Below are positions 50,101 to 59,175 of a stretch of DNA of 64,000 nucleotides, one piece after another. The position numbers were made by a program, and so were the translations under genes. Within the stretch, counting starts at the first letter, position 1, and the number at the start of each line of letters is the position of its first letter. A model generated the notes under the pieces. The model did not search any database, was not told where the DNA came from, and was given only the letters and a program-made list of their open reading frames with translations. The stretch is from the sequence record LR756502.1; one strand, given 5' to 3'.

Positions 50101-50547
50101 TTATTTCATATTTTTCTTTACTTGTCGTCTAAGTTTATCTATTTCTGACTCCTCTAGTAAATTTTCAATCTTAGCATCTCTGACCTCTAACATATCAAGT
50201 GGATCAGCTAGCTTATTACCATCCATATCAACTATATTATCAATATTAATATATTTGTCACCTGTTTCTTCAACTAAACCCAATATTATATCATCATCAC
50301 TCTCTTTATCATCTTGAATGACAAGTATTTTGCTAATTTCATCTTTGAATGATTTATAGTTATTAATACAAACCGGATCCTCATCTGAATGGTAGTCTAA
50401 GCATATTAATAGCAATAAGTATAACTCCCTTTTTGTCAGAGCTCTCATTTGTTCCTCTTGTGAGCCAACATTGAAGTTAGCGTAGATACTTTTGAATTCA
50501 TCCGACACTTTTATTGGTGTTACAAATTCTTCCAATCCTTTTTCCAT
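50101..50547 (-). CDS. Hypothetical protein with RDAKIENLL motif
   Basis: ORF track. Confidence 0.65.
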   Translation of the reverse strand: MEKGLEEFVTPIKVSDEFKSIYANFNVGSQEEQMRALTKRELYLLLLICLDYHSDEDPVCINNYKSFKDEISKILVIQDDKESDDDIILGLVEETGDKYINIDNIVDMDGNKLADPLDMLEVRDAKIENLLEESEIDKLRRQVKKNMK

Positions 50548-50563
50548 TATGTTATTTTATATA

Positions 50564-50860
50564 TTATATTCCTAGCTTTGATAGTTTATAGTCTCGGTAT
50601 TCCTGTTTGTTTACTGATCCAAGTTCATACGCTTTCTGGAAGAAAACTTCAAATATATGCTCGTGATTCATATCTTTTGCAGCCATTGCTCTATTGATTG
50701 CCTTATACTCATCAGTAATTGCATTAGCCTGCTTTTGTGAGAGTCTTATTGCGTGTTCTTTATCACCAGCACTTTTTTCGACAATATCAGATACTCTTTT
50801 GTAGTTCTTATGATATTCTGCCTTTGTCTGTCCATTATATGTTTGTCCCGATAGCTTCAT
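50564..50860 (-). CDS. Hypothetical protein, C-terminal RDYKLSKLGI tag
   Basis: ORF track. Confidence 0.7.
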   Translation of the reverse strand: MKLSGQTYNGQTKAEYHKNYKRVSDIVEKSAGDKEHAIRLSQKQANAITDEYKAINRAMAAKDMNHEHIFEVFFQKAYELGSVNKQEYRDYKLSKLGI

Positions 50861-50980
50861 TTTATTTATTTTTTTCTGAATATATTGCGATAATTAATAT
50901 TAAAAAAATTGCCAAGAGAATGCTGGTTCCCTTGTAATCGTTTATAACCTCGAAAAACTCTCTCATATTAGTATGTATTT

Positions 50981-51241
50981 TTATTGTAATTTACCATCTA
51001 TAGCTAAGTAAGGACCATCATCACACCAGAATTCTAATGTGGAGTTTTGTAACTGTTTTGGATAGTCATGTCCGTATCTGTTAACGATACTGAACTCTTG
51101 ATCGAATTCTGCTTTAGTATCGAAGTGAACGATGTTGGCTCCTGGGTCAGCATCTTTTAATATACCAATTACAGTATATCCTTTATAATCTTTAACCTTA
51201 TCTAATACAAGACTAAATAAGTCAAATTGTTCCTCTATCAT
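50981..51241 (-). CDS. Hypothetical protein
   Basis: ORF track. Confidence 0.6.
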   Translation of the reverse strand: MIEEQFDLFSLVLDKVKDYKGYTVIGILKDADPGANIVHFDTKAEFDQEFSIVNRYGHDYPKQLQNSTLEFWCDDGPYLAIDGKLQ

Positions 51242-51249
51242 AATTGAAA

Positions 51250-51666
51250 TTAGTATCCGTTTGATTTTCTAAATGTCAATACTCCACCAGTCACCGTCAT
51301 ACCAACACCAACAACCATCATTATCTGTCTAGGTGTTTGACTCCAAAAGTTTGGAATAACATATGTTGATTTTGGGTTACCAATATTACCACCTTTCCAG
51401 GTTCCGTATCCGTATGATCCTTCAAGAATTGCAGCAGTTGTGAATGCGATACCACTTATAAAAAGTGTTAGAAATGCTTTGTCCTCATTAGACCTGCTAG
51501 AACTTTTCGATTTAAGTTTTAGGTCTATTCTATCTAACTGTAATGGATTGTAGATTTTTGTTGGTGATTTAATAACTAACATAGAACTTGTTTTGATTGA
51601 GTCTTTCGTTAGTCCAAATGACAATAGTGTTGTCATTATAAAAATAATAGTTGCTATTTTTTTCAT
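51250..51666 (-). CDS. Exported/membrane protein
   Basis: Likely start MKKIATIIFI at 51666 (signal peptide); two further hydrophobic segments. Confidence 0.7.
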   Translation of the reverse strand: MKKIATIIFIMTTLLSFGLTKDSIKTSSMLVIKSPTKIYNPLQLDRIDLKLKSKSSSRSNEDKAFLTLFISGIAFTTAAILEGSYGYGTWKGGNIGNPKSTYVIPNFWSQTPRQIMMVVGVGMTVTGGVLTFRKSNGY

Positions 51667-51681
51667 TTTATTGTTATTTAG

Positions 51682-51761
51682 TGCAGATGAGAGGATTCGA
51701 ACCCCTGTTCCAGTGGGGTTAGAATCCACCTCGTTCCCAGAACGAATTAGGTACCACCTGC
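51682..51761 (-). tRNA. Atypical tRNA, most parsimonious anticodon CTA (amber suppressor-like); no encoded CCA
   Basis: GCAGGTG/CATCTGC acceptor + A73; canonical AGGGG-TTCGAAT-CCTCT T arm; GTGGA-TTCTAAC-CCCAC; enlarged D region; sigma-A motif at 51771. Confidence 0.65.
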
Positions 51762-51802
51762 AGTTAAAAACAAATATAGGAATTTTTGTTGAAAGGAAAA
51801 AA

Positions 51803-52594
51803 TTAATTTAGAATAATATTCAGATTATTTGTTCTGCTTGGACAAATTTCATTTTCAGTAACTACATATGAGGCACCATACCTTATTATTGGTGACTTAA
51901 TATCATTTTCTATACAGACTATCTCATAGAGTATAGTAAATTCCTCATAGGAGGCATTAACATATGTAAATGGATATAGTTTATTTATAATGGTATTTGG
52001 CCTCCCGAATTCATATCCATTTATCATATAGTCAACATGTTTGTCGGTTATTTTACTAACAACGTTACCAATTGGATATTTAACAAGACACTTCTCTTCT
52101 CCATCCTCGGTATATCCCCACATTAATTCAAAAAATGCAATAGCATCCTCAATTATTGTTGAGACTACCATAGCGATAAGTGGATTATCCCAACTATATC
52201 GTATCTTAACCATTTCATTTTTGTAAACCTTATGTTCAACCTCTTCATTTCTATACACCTCTTCTCTTATATTAAAGAGTTTTGATATATCATATCCAAT
52301 CTCAAATCCATACTCAATTAACATATCAACTAGAATTAAAAAGTCCTTCTTTCTTTTCTTAATAACAGAGAAGGCGAAGTCATATTTAAATGTTGAGTAA
52401 TTTGGCTTCATGAATTCTTTAATTACTACATCATCGGCCCTACCAGCATGTATATCTGTTTTGGAATATCTGTCTAAGAATTTTAGCTTACTTTTAGGAT
52501 CTATTGGTGGTGCAATCATTCTACTGTGATTCCCTTTCACTAGAATATTGTTCCATTTATCAATCTCTTTATCCGAAAAATATCTCTTATCCAT
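51803..52594 (-). CDS. Hypothetical protein, C-terminal RTNNLNIIL tag variant
   Basis: ORF track. Confidence 0.65.
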   Translation of the reverse strand: MDKRYFSDKEIDKWNNILVKGNHSRMIAPPIDPKSKLKFLDRYSKTDIHAGRADDVVIKEFMKPNYSTFKYDFAFSVIKKRKKDFLILVDMLIEYGFEIGYDISKLFNIREEVYRNEEVEHKVYKNEMVKIRYSWDNPLIAMVVSTIIEDAIAFFELMWGYTEDGEEKCLVKYPIGNVVSKITDKHVDYMINGYEFGRPNTIINKLYPFTYVNASYEEFTILYEIVCIENDIKSPIIRYGASYVVTENEICPSRTNNLNIILN

Positions 52595-53240
52595 TTTTTA
52601 ATGTCTTTGCGTATCTAAAAATACTGTTAATCTTTCTATTTCTATTTTGATCCAAGGAGTAAGTTGGTTCAAATGTATCAAATTTATATTCCTTTCCACC
52701 CCAGCTTAAAAATGAGAAGTTAAATACAATTGATAGTCTAGTGAATAGTCTTTCAAATGCAATATAGTCCTTATTTACTCTTAAGTCATATAGATACATT
52801 ATCTTTATTAATCTCTTCTTTGATCTATTTGGTAACTTATTTATGAATATATGCATTCTATTGTTATAGTTAGGATTCTCTATTATTCTAGCTTTGACCT
52901 CCGAGCTAATACCACCACTCCAGTCATCATATTCTGATGTATCTTTCCTAGATATTGAGTATCCCCTTATATTATCTATTGTGTATTTACCGCCACCATT
53001 TAATACAATTGATGGTATAAGTGGGAATTGTTCAATTCCATTGTTTTGCCAACTTTTTGATTCTAATTTTGTTTCGTATTTAACTGTGCCGTATTTATTT
53101 CTACTATAAGTATTGCCGTTAACTTGATAGGACTCGGTACCTATCATTTCCCATTTTCTTTCAATGAGTGAGTAATTTTTGGAGTTTTTACTCAAGAAGT
53201 ACATCATTTCTGATATTGATGTACTAAGTTTATCTGCCAA
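52587..53240 (-). CDS. Hypothetical protein, C-terminal RNRKINSIF tag
   Basis: ORF track. Confidence 0.65.
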   Translation of the reverse strand: MADKLSTSISEMMYFLSKNSKNYSLIERKWEMIGTESYQVNGNTYSRNKYGTVKYETKLESKSWQNNGIEQFPLIPSIVLNGGGKYTIDNIRGYSISRKDTSEYDDWSGGISSEVKARIIENPNYNNRMHIFINKLPNRSKKRLIKIMYLYDLRVNKDYIAFERLFTRLSIVFNFSFLSWGGKEYKFDTFEPTYSLDQNRNRKINSIFRYAKTLKNG

Positions 53241-53315
53241 ATCTTTATTGGAGATGTCTTTTGTTCTGTAATTAATCTAATTGTTTTTCATAGTATTTAT
53301 TATTTTGTTTATATA

Positions 53316-54113
53316 TTAATTGTTTATTCTTTTGTTTGCCGCATCAATATAACTTTGCTGCATCTCAAGTCCGATGTAATTTCTATTCAATTCTTTCGCC
53401 GCCAATCCTGTAGTACCAACACCCATAAACGGGTCAAGTATTATATCTCCTGGTTTTGTTGATCCTTTTATAAAGTACTTTACAAATTCTAGTGGATATA
53501 CTGCCACATGGTCATTCGCTATTTTTTTTGATTCAGATGATATGTTTATCAAAGTTGATGGTAATGCTCCTTTTATATTTGGTGCCCAATCTTTGTACTC
53601 AGTGACCTCTTCTGATGTCCTTGCATATCTCTTTTTAAGGGAATTTTTCATTCTCTCTATTGACTTCTTAGCATACGTAACTCTCATTTCATCCAAGTTA
53701 AAATAGAAGTCTTTTGACTTTGTAAACCAAAATACATACTCAACTCTATCACCAAATCTACTTCTATTTGGAAGTCCTTTTAGTTTATTCCAGAATAACC
53801 TATCATACATCTTTAACCCAGTTTGCTTATGTAGTTCTGATATCAAATCAAAAACATATGGGTGTCTAAAACCATCTACGACTTTATCATTTATATTAAG
53901 TATAAATGATCCAGTTGGTTTAATGATCCTTTCAATTTCTTTACAATATGGAATAAACCACTCAACATATTTATCAGGATGAATGCCATCAAAGTCAATA
54001 TACTTCTTCATATTCGCGTATGGTGGGCTTGTTATTACCAAATCAACTGAATTGGAATCCATTTCTTTCATTAAATCTAGTGAGTCTCCTTGGTATATTT
54101 TATTTAATTCCAT
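53316..54113 (-). CDS. Site-specific DNA methyltransferase, beta class (probably N4-cytosine)
   Basis: VITSPPY, HVAVYP, ILDPFMGVGTT. Confidence 0.9.
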   Translation of the reverse strand: MELNKIYQGDSLDLMKEMDSNSVDLVITSPPYANMKKYIDFDGIHPDKYVEWFIPYCKEIERIIKPTGSFILNINDKVVDGFRHPYVFDLISELHKQTGLKMYDRLFWNKLKGLPNRSRFGDRVEYVFWFTKSKDFYFNLDEMRVTYAKKSIERMKNSLKKRYARTSEEVTEYKDWAPNIKGALPSTLINISSESKKIANDHVAVYPLEFVKYFIKGSTKPGDIILDPFMGVGTTGLAAKELNRNYIGLEMQQSYIDAANKRINN

Positions 54114-54302
54114 CGATTTCTATTCTATTTTTATTTTTTACTTCCATCCAAATGATCATATAAAAAAAGTAGGGCTTTATATGCGCTCAAATTATCTTCA
54201 TAGCACTTTCTAAAGTATTCTATATTATTAAATAGAATTTCATCACTATAAGTATATTCAAGACTTCTTATACCGACTACTATTAAATATTTTTCAAAAC
54301 TA

Positions 54303-54689
54303 TTATCCATTTACTATCTTTTCTAACTTTCTATCTCTTAGGACTTGCACTCTCTTGTATAGATTGTCTATTAGATCCTCCCCAAGTATTTCGAGAGTAC
54401 CGACCAAATGAACAATCTCATTGACTATATTTTGGTTATTAAGAAGGTCTGTGTAGTGGTTTATATCAAGTATGTCAATTGTTGTTATAATTCTGCCCGG
54501 CATGGACTCGGTAGTGACCATGAACATAGAGTTCTCTTCAACCTCATCCAAATTTAACCCAAATGGCTTCCTATCATTTGCTATATATTCAGTATGAAAA
54601 TGTCCCGAGTCATTAATTATCGAAACATATTCCTCTTTCCTCTTATTAACCAATATACATAATATTTCACTTCTCTCGATAGTCTCCAT
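54303..54689 (-). CDS. Hypothetical protein, C-terminal RDRKLEKIV tag
   Basis: ORF track. Confidence 0.65.
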   Translation of the reverse strand: METIERSEILCILVNKRKEEYVSIINDSGHFHTEYIANDRKPFGLNLDEVEENSMFMVTTESMPGRIITTIDILDINHYTDLLNNQNIVNEIVHLVGTLEILGEDLIDNLYKRVQVLRDRKLEKIVNG

Positions 54690-54690
54690 G

Positions 54691-55035
54691 TCAAGGCTTT
54701 TTTATTATGTGTTCTATATGAACCATTGTCATATCGTTATGTTCTAAACAAACCCTAATTATATCAGTTGAATCAATATTTTTATCTTCTAATAGATTTT
54801 CTATTTTTATATCTCTTCTATCTGCTTTTGCAAAAATTAAAACATCTACTTTATAATTTCTAATGAGTTTGTTGTCGTATAATCTTGAAACAATTTGATT
54901 ATTAAGAAGTCCTCTTAAAGTTTCTACTTTATCTTGATCAAATTCATATTTTAACATTTCACAATATTGCTCACAAAAGAATATTACAATATCATTACAA
55001 TATTTTTTTTGTATATCAGTTATACTTTTACCCAT
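54691..55035 (-). CDS. Hypothetical protein with RDIKIENLL motif
   Basis: ORF track. Confidence 0.65.
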   Translation of the reverse strand: MGKSITDIQKKYCNDIVIFFCEQYCEMLKYEFDQDKVETLRGLLNNQIVSRLYDNKLIRNYKVDVLIFAKADRRDIKIENLLEDKNIDSTDIIRVCLEHNDMTMVHIEHIIKKP

Positions 55036-55456
55036 TGAAGATTTTAGATATTATTTTTTCTCTGAAGCTTGATTTTGATATACTTTTGTATATTTGTGAT
55101 AGCTTATCTTCAACGAGATCTGATGATGGCTTAATACTAGAACAATATTTTCTATTTAGAATATCTCTTAGATTTATTATTGATGGATATGCATGTGATG
55201 TCACGTACATTGATCCTCCTGGTAGTTCTATGTTTCTAATCCAAAGTCCACATTGTGATTCGATTTCCCATCTATCGGATACCATCACATACTTAACACT
55301 TACTTCAAATTTAGAAAGTTCATCTTCTGATAAAGATGATAGTTTTGCTTCATTATTATATAATCCTTGTTGAGTTGCATGGGTCCATGATAACTCATCT
55401 GACTTTGTTGTATCTATTAACATAGATATAATTTCACTAACTTTATCGCTGATCAT
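55028..55456 (-). CDS. Hypothetical protein, C-terminal REKIISKIF tag
   Basis: ORF track. Confidence 0.65.
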   Translation of the reverse strand: MISDKVSEIISMLIDTTKSDELSWTHATQQGLYNNEAKLSSLSEDELSKFEVSVKYVMVSDRWEIESQCGLWIRNIELPGGSMYVTSHAYPSIINLRDILNRKYCSSIKPSSDLVEDKLSQIYKSISKSSFREKIISKIFNG

Positions 55457-55549
55457 TTAGCTTTTCTATTTTATATTTATAAATAGTGAGTGGTTTAGTG
55501 TTTCGATCATAAATATATTAATTATTTTATATTCCTGATGATTAACCTG

Positions 55550-56212
55550 TTATATCCCTATTCCTTTCAATTTACGATCCCTAATCCTCTGCTCAATGAT
55601 TGGCTTACTCGGTTCATACTTCAACTCATCTATATTCTTAATGTAGTATCTACACGCGCTATCATCATAGTACATACAATACTCACTATTATTTCTCTCT
55701 AAGCTACCTCTCATTGAACTACCAACCCTATTCTCAGACATATCAAGAATTATTAACAAATCAGAGTTGCTAGGTAATTCATACTTAACCACTCTAAAAT
55801 CATTAGTGCCCTTTGGCTTGTCCCACTCATCAAATGACTCATCACTGAAAACATCACCAGTTAAAAAGAATCGATAATAGAAACTATCATTATCACCTGA
55901 TATAAATTTATAGTATGGTCTATCAGAAAAATACTTCTTCTCAACCATCTTATAAATATCATTGTGCCATCCACCACCTACACCTGTATAATTAAATACA
56001 ACTATCTTACCAATCTCCTTATTAGACTTATTCGTAATAGGATGTTCAAAGATACCAACCACAGATAAACCATGCTCGTCATCTTCATCAATTCGATTGT
56101 TCTTATCCTTAACCCAGCTCAATAGAACTTCATCAGATTCAATCTTCTGATCCTTTGCATAATCTATAATAGACAACACATCATCAACTGTATATTCTTT
56201 AGTCTTACTCAT
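55550..56212 (-). CDS. Hypothetical protein, C-terminal RDRKLKGIGI tag
   Basis: ORF track. Confidence 0.7.
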   Translation of the reverse strand: MSKTKEYTVDDVLSIIDYAKDQKIESDEVLLSWVKDKNNRIDEDDEHGLSVVGIFEHPITNKSNKEIGKIVVFNYTGVGGGWHNDIYKMVEKKYFSDRPYYKFISGDNDSFYYRFFLTGDVFSDESFDEWDKPKGTNDFRVVKYELPSNSDLLIILDMSENRVGSSMRGSLERNNSEYCMYYDDSACRYYIKNIDELKYEPSKPIIEQRIRDRKLKGIGI

Positions 56213-56233
56213 TTATAATTTAGTTAAATTCAT

Positions 56234-56596
56234 TTATATACCTAGTTTCTTTAATTTATTATCTCTTATTATTCCAATCAATTCATATTCTATGAAATAT
56301 ATTAACTCCTTTATAACCGAATCACCAGCCTTATTTGATATAGGATTAACATATATCTGATCAGGTGATATACCAACCGTATTACTCAACATAGAGGAGA
56401 TCCTATTTGGAATATGCCTCGAAACAGAAGTTCGAGGTTCACTATAAATCTGAGTTTGAATAAGTATTGTGTCCTTTCTACGATCAATCGTAACCAATTT
56501 GTCACTTAACTCAATAACCTTCTTAGCTATCAAATGAACCCCTTCCTCAGTTGATGCCATTTCAATAACCATTTTATCCGATGTGTATAATGCCAT
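56234..56596 (-). CDS. Hypothetical protein, C-terminal RDNKLKKLGI tag
   Basis: ORF track. Confidence 0.7.
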   Translation of the reverse strand: MALYTSDKMVIEMASTEEGVHLIAKKVIELSDKLVTIDRRKDTILIQTQIYSEPRTSVSRHIPNRISSMLSNTVGISPDQIYVNPISNKAGDSVIKELIYFIEYELIGIIRDNKLKKLGI

Positions 56597-56634
56597 AATT
56601 ATTTAATTCCTATTTAAGTTTAATTAAGTTTAAT

Positions 56635-56846
56635 AAAGGACGGCAATCGTAGTCAACTTTCTGTTTAAAACATCATTTGTCTATTGGCCTCTACCTCGGC
56701 ATAATAACGCTTCTCACACGCTAGCCTGTTTTGAGTTGCACCCTCGCTAGTAATAACGACTGTTTAGGTCTCCTAACTTAAGAAGTGGTGTGTTGAACTT
56801 CCTCACATCCATTACTGGGTAGTGCGATGTAACATCCACCGTCTTT
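56635..56846 (-). ncRNA. rnpB: Minimal RNase P RNA
   Basis: P1 GACGGTGG/TTGCCGTC; P2 ACATC/GATGT; P3 with GTAA loop; GAGGAAGTTCAAC pairing with GTTGACT (P4 with bulged U); GGGTGCAAC; TAGACAAATGAT; AACAGAA. Order matches bacterial RNase P conserved regions I-V. Confidence 0.8.
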
Positions 56847-56848
56847 TA

Positions 56849-57403
56849 TTAAACTAATAAACTCAATTTATAATCTCTATTTATATTGGTTAATTCTAAC
56901 CATTCTTTTATTTCTCTTTCAACATTAGAATGTAAATGTCTATATGATTGAAAGTTTATTTTTTTTGGGTTACCAATCCACTCGGTGAATAATTCAACCA
57001 ATTGACTAGGTAACCAACATATCTCATCTGGATCCGTTGTGAATCCTTTAGAGTTTACTATTGTTATGAAGTATAATATCTCTTTAACTTCGTGATAGTT
57101 ACCCCATTTATTTGACCATTCTAATAGAGCTTCCATTCTACGAACATCTTCTCTACCAATTCCACAAGGGAGCGATCTCATCAAGTTCGAGGCGAATATA
57201 GATGATTTGGCTTTCCTAACATCAATCATATCTTCATTAAGAATGTCGATATTTAGTGAGTCATTTTTATATGGGTCAACCCCAATGTACTTGTGCCATT
57301 TTTCTAAGATATAGTCTGCACTACACCCATCCATATTAACACCCATTGTTTCATGGAAGTTAAAGCAAAAATCTATTAAATTATCTAGTTGGGATTTAGT
57401 CAT
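56849..57403 (-). CDS. Hypothetical protein, C-terminal RDYKLSLLV tag
   Basis: Sigma-A motif at 57409. Confidence 0.7.
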   Translation of the reverse strand: MTKSQLDNLIDFCFNFHETMGVNMDGCSADYILEKWHKYIGVDPYKNDSLNIDILNEDMIDVRKAKSSIFASNLMRSLPCGIGREDVRRMEALLEWSNKWGNYHEVKEILYFITIVNSKGFTTDPDEICWLPSQLVELFTEWIGNPKKINFQSYRHLHSNVEREIKEWLELTNINRDYKLSLLV

Positions 57404-57456
57404 AAGTACAAATATACGGAAAAAAGTCTATATTTTAAAATTATATATAATTATAT

Positions 57457-57606
57457 ATGAAAGATAAAGACAGAAAATATACATCACTGATGATTAAGAA
57501 GGATCTTAAAGAAATGATGGATAATAAAATAAAAGAGTTAGGTATTGAAATGTCATATTCAGCTCTTATTAAATTTTTAATTAAAAGTAGTAATGAAAAA
57601 GTGTAA
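57457..57606 (+). CDS. 49-aa ribbon-helix-helix-like protein (not in ORF track)
   Basis: MKDKDRKYTSLMIKKDLKEMMDNKIKELGIEMSYSALIKFLIKSSNEKV*. Confidence 0.6.
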   Translation: MKDKDRKYTSLMIKKDLKEMMDNKIKELGIEMSYSALIKFLIKSSNEKV

Positions 57607-58285
57607 TAGATGTAATATAGAAAAGGATATTACTGACTTTAATATAAGAAGAGCTAGTAAGGATGGATTGACACCAATTTGTAAAAGCTGCTCTAATGAA
57701 AAGGGTCGAAAATATAAATTGGAAAATAAGGAGAAAATTTCCAATTATAATAAAGAATACCGATATAATAACTACTATCCTTCTAAATATAAGGAAAAAA
57801 GTAGAGCTATATATCTAACTGATAAACGACAAAAATGGTGCAAATTATATGCGGAAAAAAATAAAGAAAAATTAAAAAGTTATAGGAGAAAATATTATTT
57901 AGATAATAAAGACTATTACCTTTCCTATCGAAGAGATAGATGTGAGAGTGATAAAGTATTTCACCTATCCATTATAATTAGGTCGATGATAGCAAATAGT
58001 ATTTCATCTAAAAAATTTACTAAAAAATCAAAAACATTTAAAATACTAGGGTGCTCTTTTGATGAATTCAAAATTCATCTTGAAAGTAAATTCGAGAATT
58101 GGATGAGCTGGGATAATTATGGTAGATATAATGGTGAATTTAATTATGGTTGGGATATAGATCATATTATACCTATATCATCTGCTATAAATGAGGATGA
58201 TATTATTAAACTAAATCACTATACCAACCTACAACCATTATGCTCATATACTAATAGACATATAAAAAAAGATAATATATTATGA
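57593..58285 (+). CDS. HNH homing endonuclease with N-terminal zinc finger
   Basis: MKKCNRC...CKSC; WDIDHIIPIS...LNHYTNLQPL...N. Confidence 0.85.
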   Translation: MKKCNRCNIEKDITDFNIRRASKDGLTPICKSCSNEKGRKYKLENKEKISNYNKEYRYNNYYPSKYKEKSRAIYLTDKRQKWCKLYAEKNKEKLKSYRRKYYLDNKDYYLSYRRDRCESDKVFHLSIIIRSMIANSISSKKFTKKSKTFKILGCSFDEFKIHLESKFENWMSWDNYGRYNGEFNYGWDIDHIIPISSAINEDDIIKLNHYTNLQPLCSYTNRHIKKDNIL

Positions 58286-59175
58286 TTCTTAAACATAAAG
58301 TTATACAAAACTTCCAATTCGTATCAAGTGATAAGAAGATTTTTGTATTAAAAATCGGGACAATTCTGGAAGAGTATAAGTATAAAATAAAGAACGAGAC
58401 AATAGATATTGACAAAGATATTGTTGATAATAACCCTGAGTTCTTTGAAACACTAGATTATAAATCAGAGCTACTTTCCTATTTAAAAACACAAAAAGTA
58501 CCACAACCTTCTCAGGTTCACAAGAAATTAGTACCATTCATTGAGGATATGATTTTATCATCTATGCAACAATCATCTGCGCCAGTTATGGATGAATTAA
58601 AGATAAAAGAGTTAAATAGGAAAGAAAGTGATATAAACTCAAGAGAGAAAAGAGTAAAAGATAAAGAGGAAGAGATTGATATTAGATTGAAAAGGGTTGA
58701 GAAAAGAGAAGAGTCATATAAGGATGATATTAAAGAGCTTGATAAGAAAGAAGACTCAGCTAGATTGAGATCTAAAGAATTGACTGAGAAACAATTAGAT
58801 ATAGAGGATAGACTACAAGATATAAAGGAAAGAGAAAGAAATCTCGATAGAAGTATATTAGAGTCATCAAAAGATATAGATGTTAAATATGGTGATTTGC
58901 AGTCTAAAATAGATAAGGACTTGAGAGCTCTATCTGAAAAGGAAAAGGACATTGAGGTATCATCAAGAGATCTTAAGAAGAAGGAGTCTATGATAGATGA
59001 GAGAGAGTCTGCCGTTGATGATAAGATAAGAAATTTTGAGATAAGTACAGAAGATTCAAGAAACCGTGAGGTTGAGATTATTAGAGTAGCTAGTGAAATA
59101 GAAGATTGGCTTGAAAAGCAAGGTCTTCATAGAGAAGCTCTTAGTTGGAATAAGAAGATACCTCCTACTAAATAA
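58282..59175 (+). CDS. Long coiled-coil protein
   Basis: K/E/R-rich heptads over about 180 aa. Confidence 0.7.
   Translation: MILKHKVIQNFQFVSSDKKIFVLKIGTILEEYKYKIKNETIDIDKDIVDNNPEFFETLDYKSELLSYLKTQKVPQPSQVHKKLVPFIEDMILSSMQQSSAPVMDELKIKELNRKESDINSREKRVKDKEEEIDIRLKRVEKREESYKDDIKELDKKEDSARLRSKELTEKQLDIEDRLQDIKERERNLDRSILESSKDIDVKYGDLQSKIDKDLRALSEKEKDIEVSSRDLKKKESMIDERESAVDDKIRNFEISTEDSRNREVEIIRVASEIEDWLEKQGLHREALSWNKKIPPTK

Noticed and set aside
51682-51761. tmRNA, tRNA-Sec or tRNA-Pyl identity for the atypical tRNA
   Set aside because: No G3:U70 pair or tag ORF, no UCA anticodon or long variable arm, and it keeps a canonical TTCGAAT loop and a long D region, unlike tRNA-Pyl.
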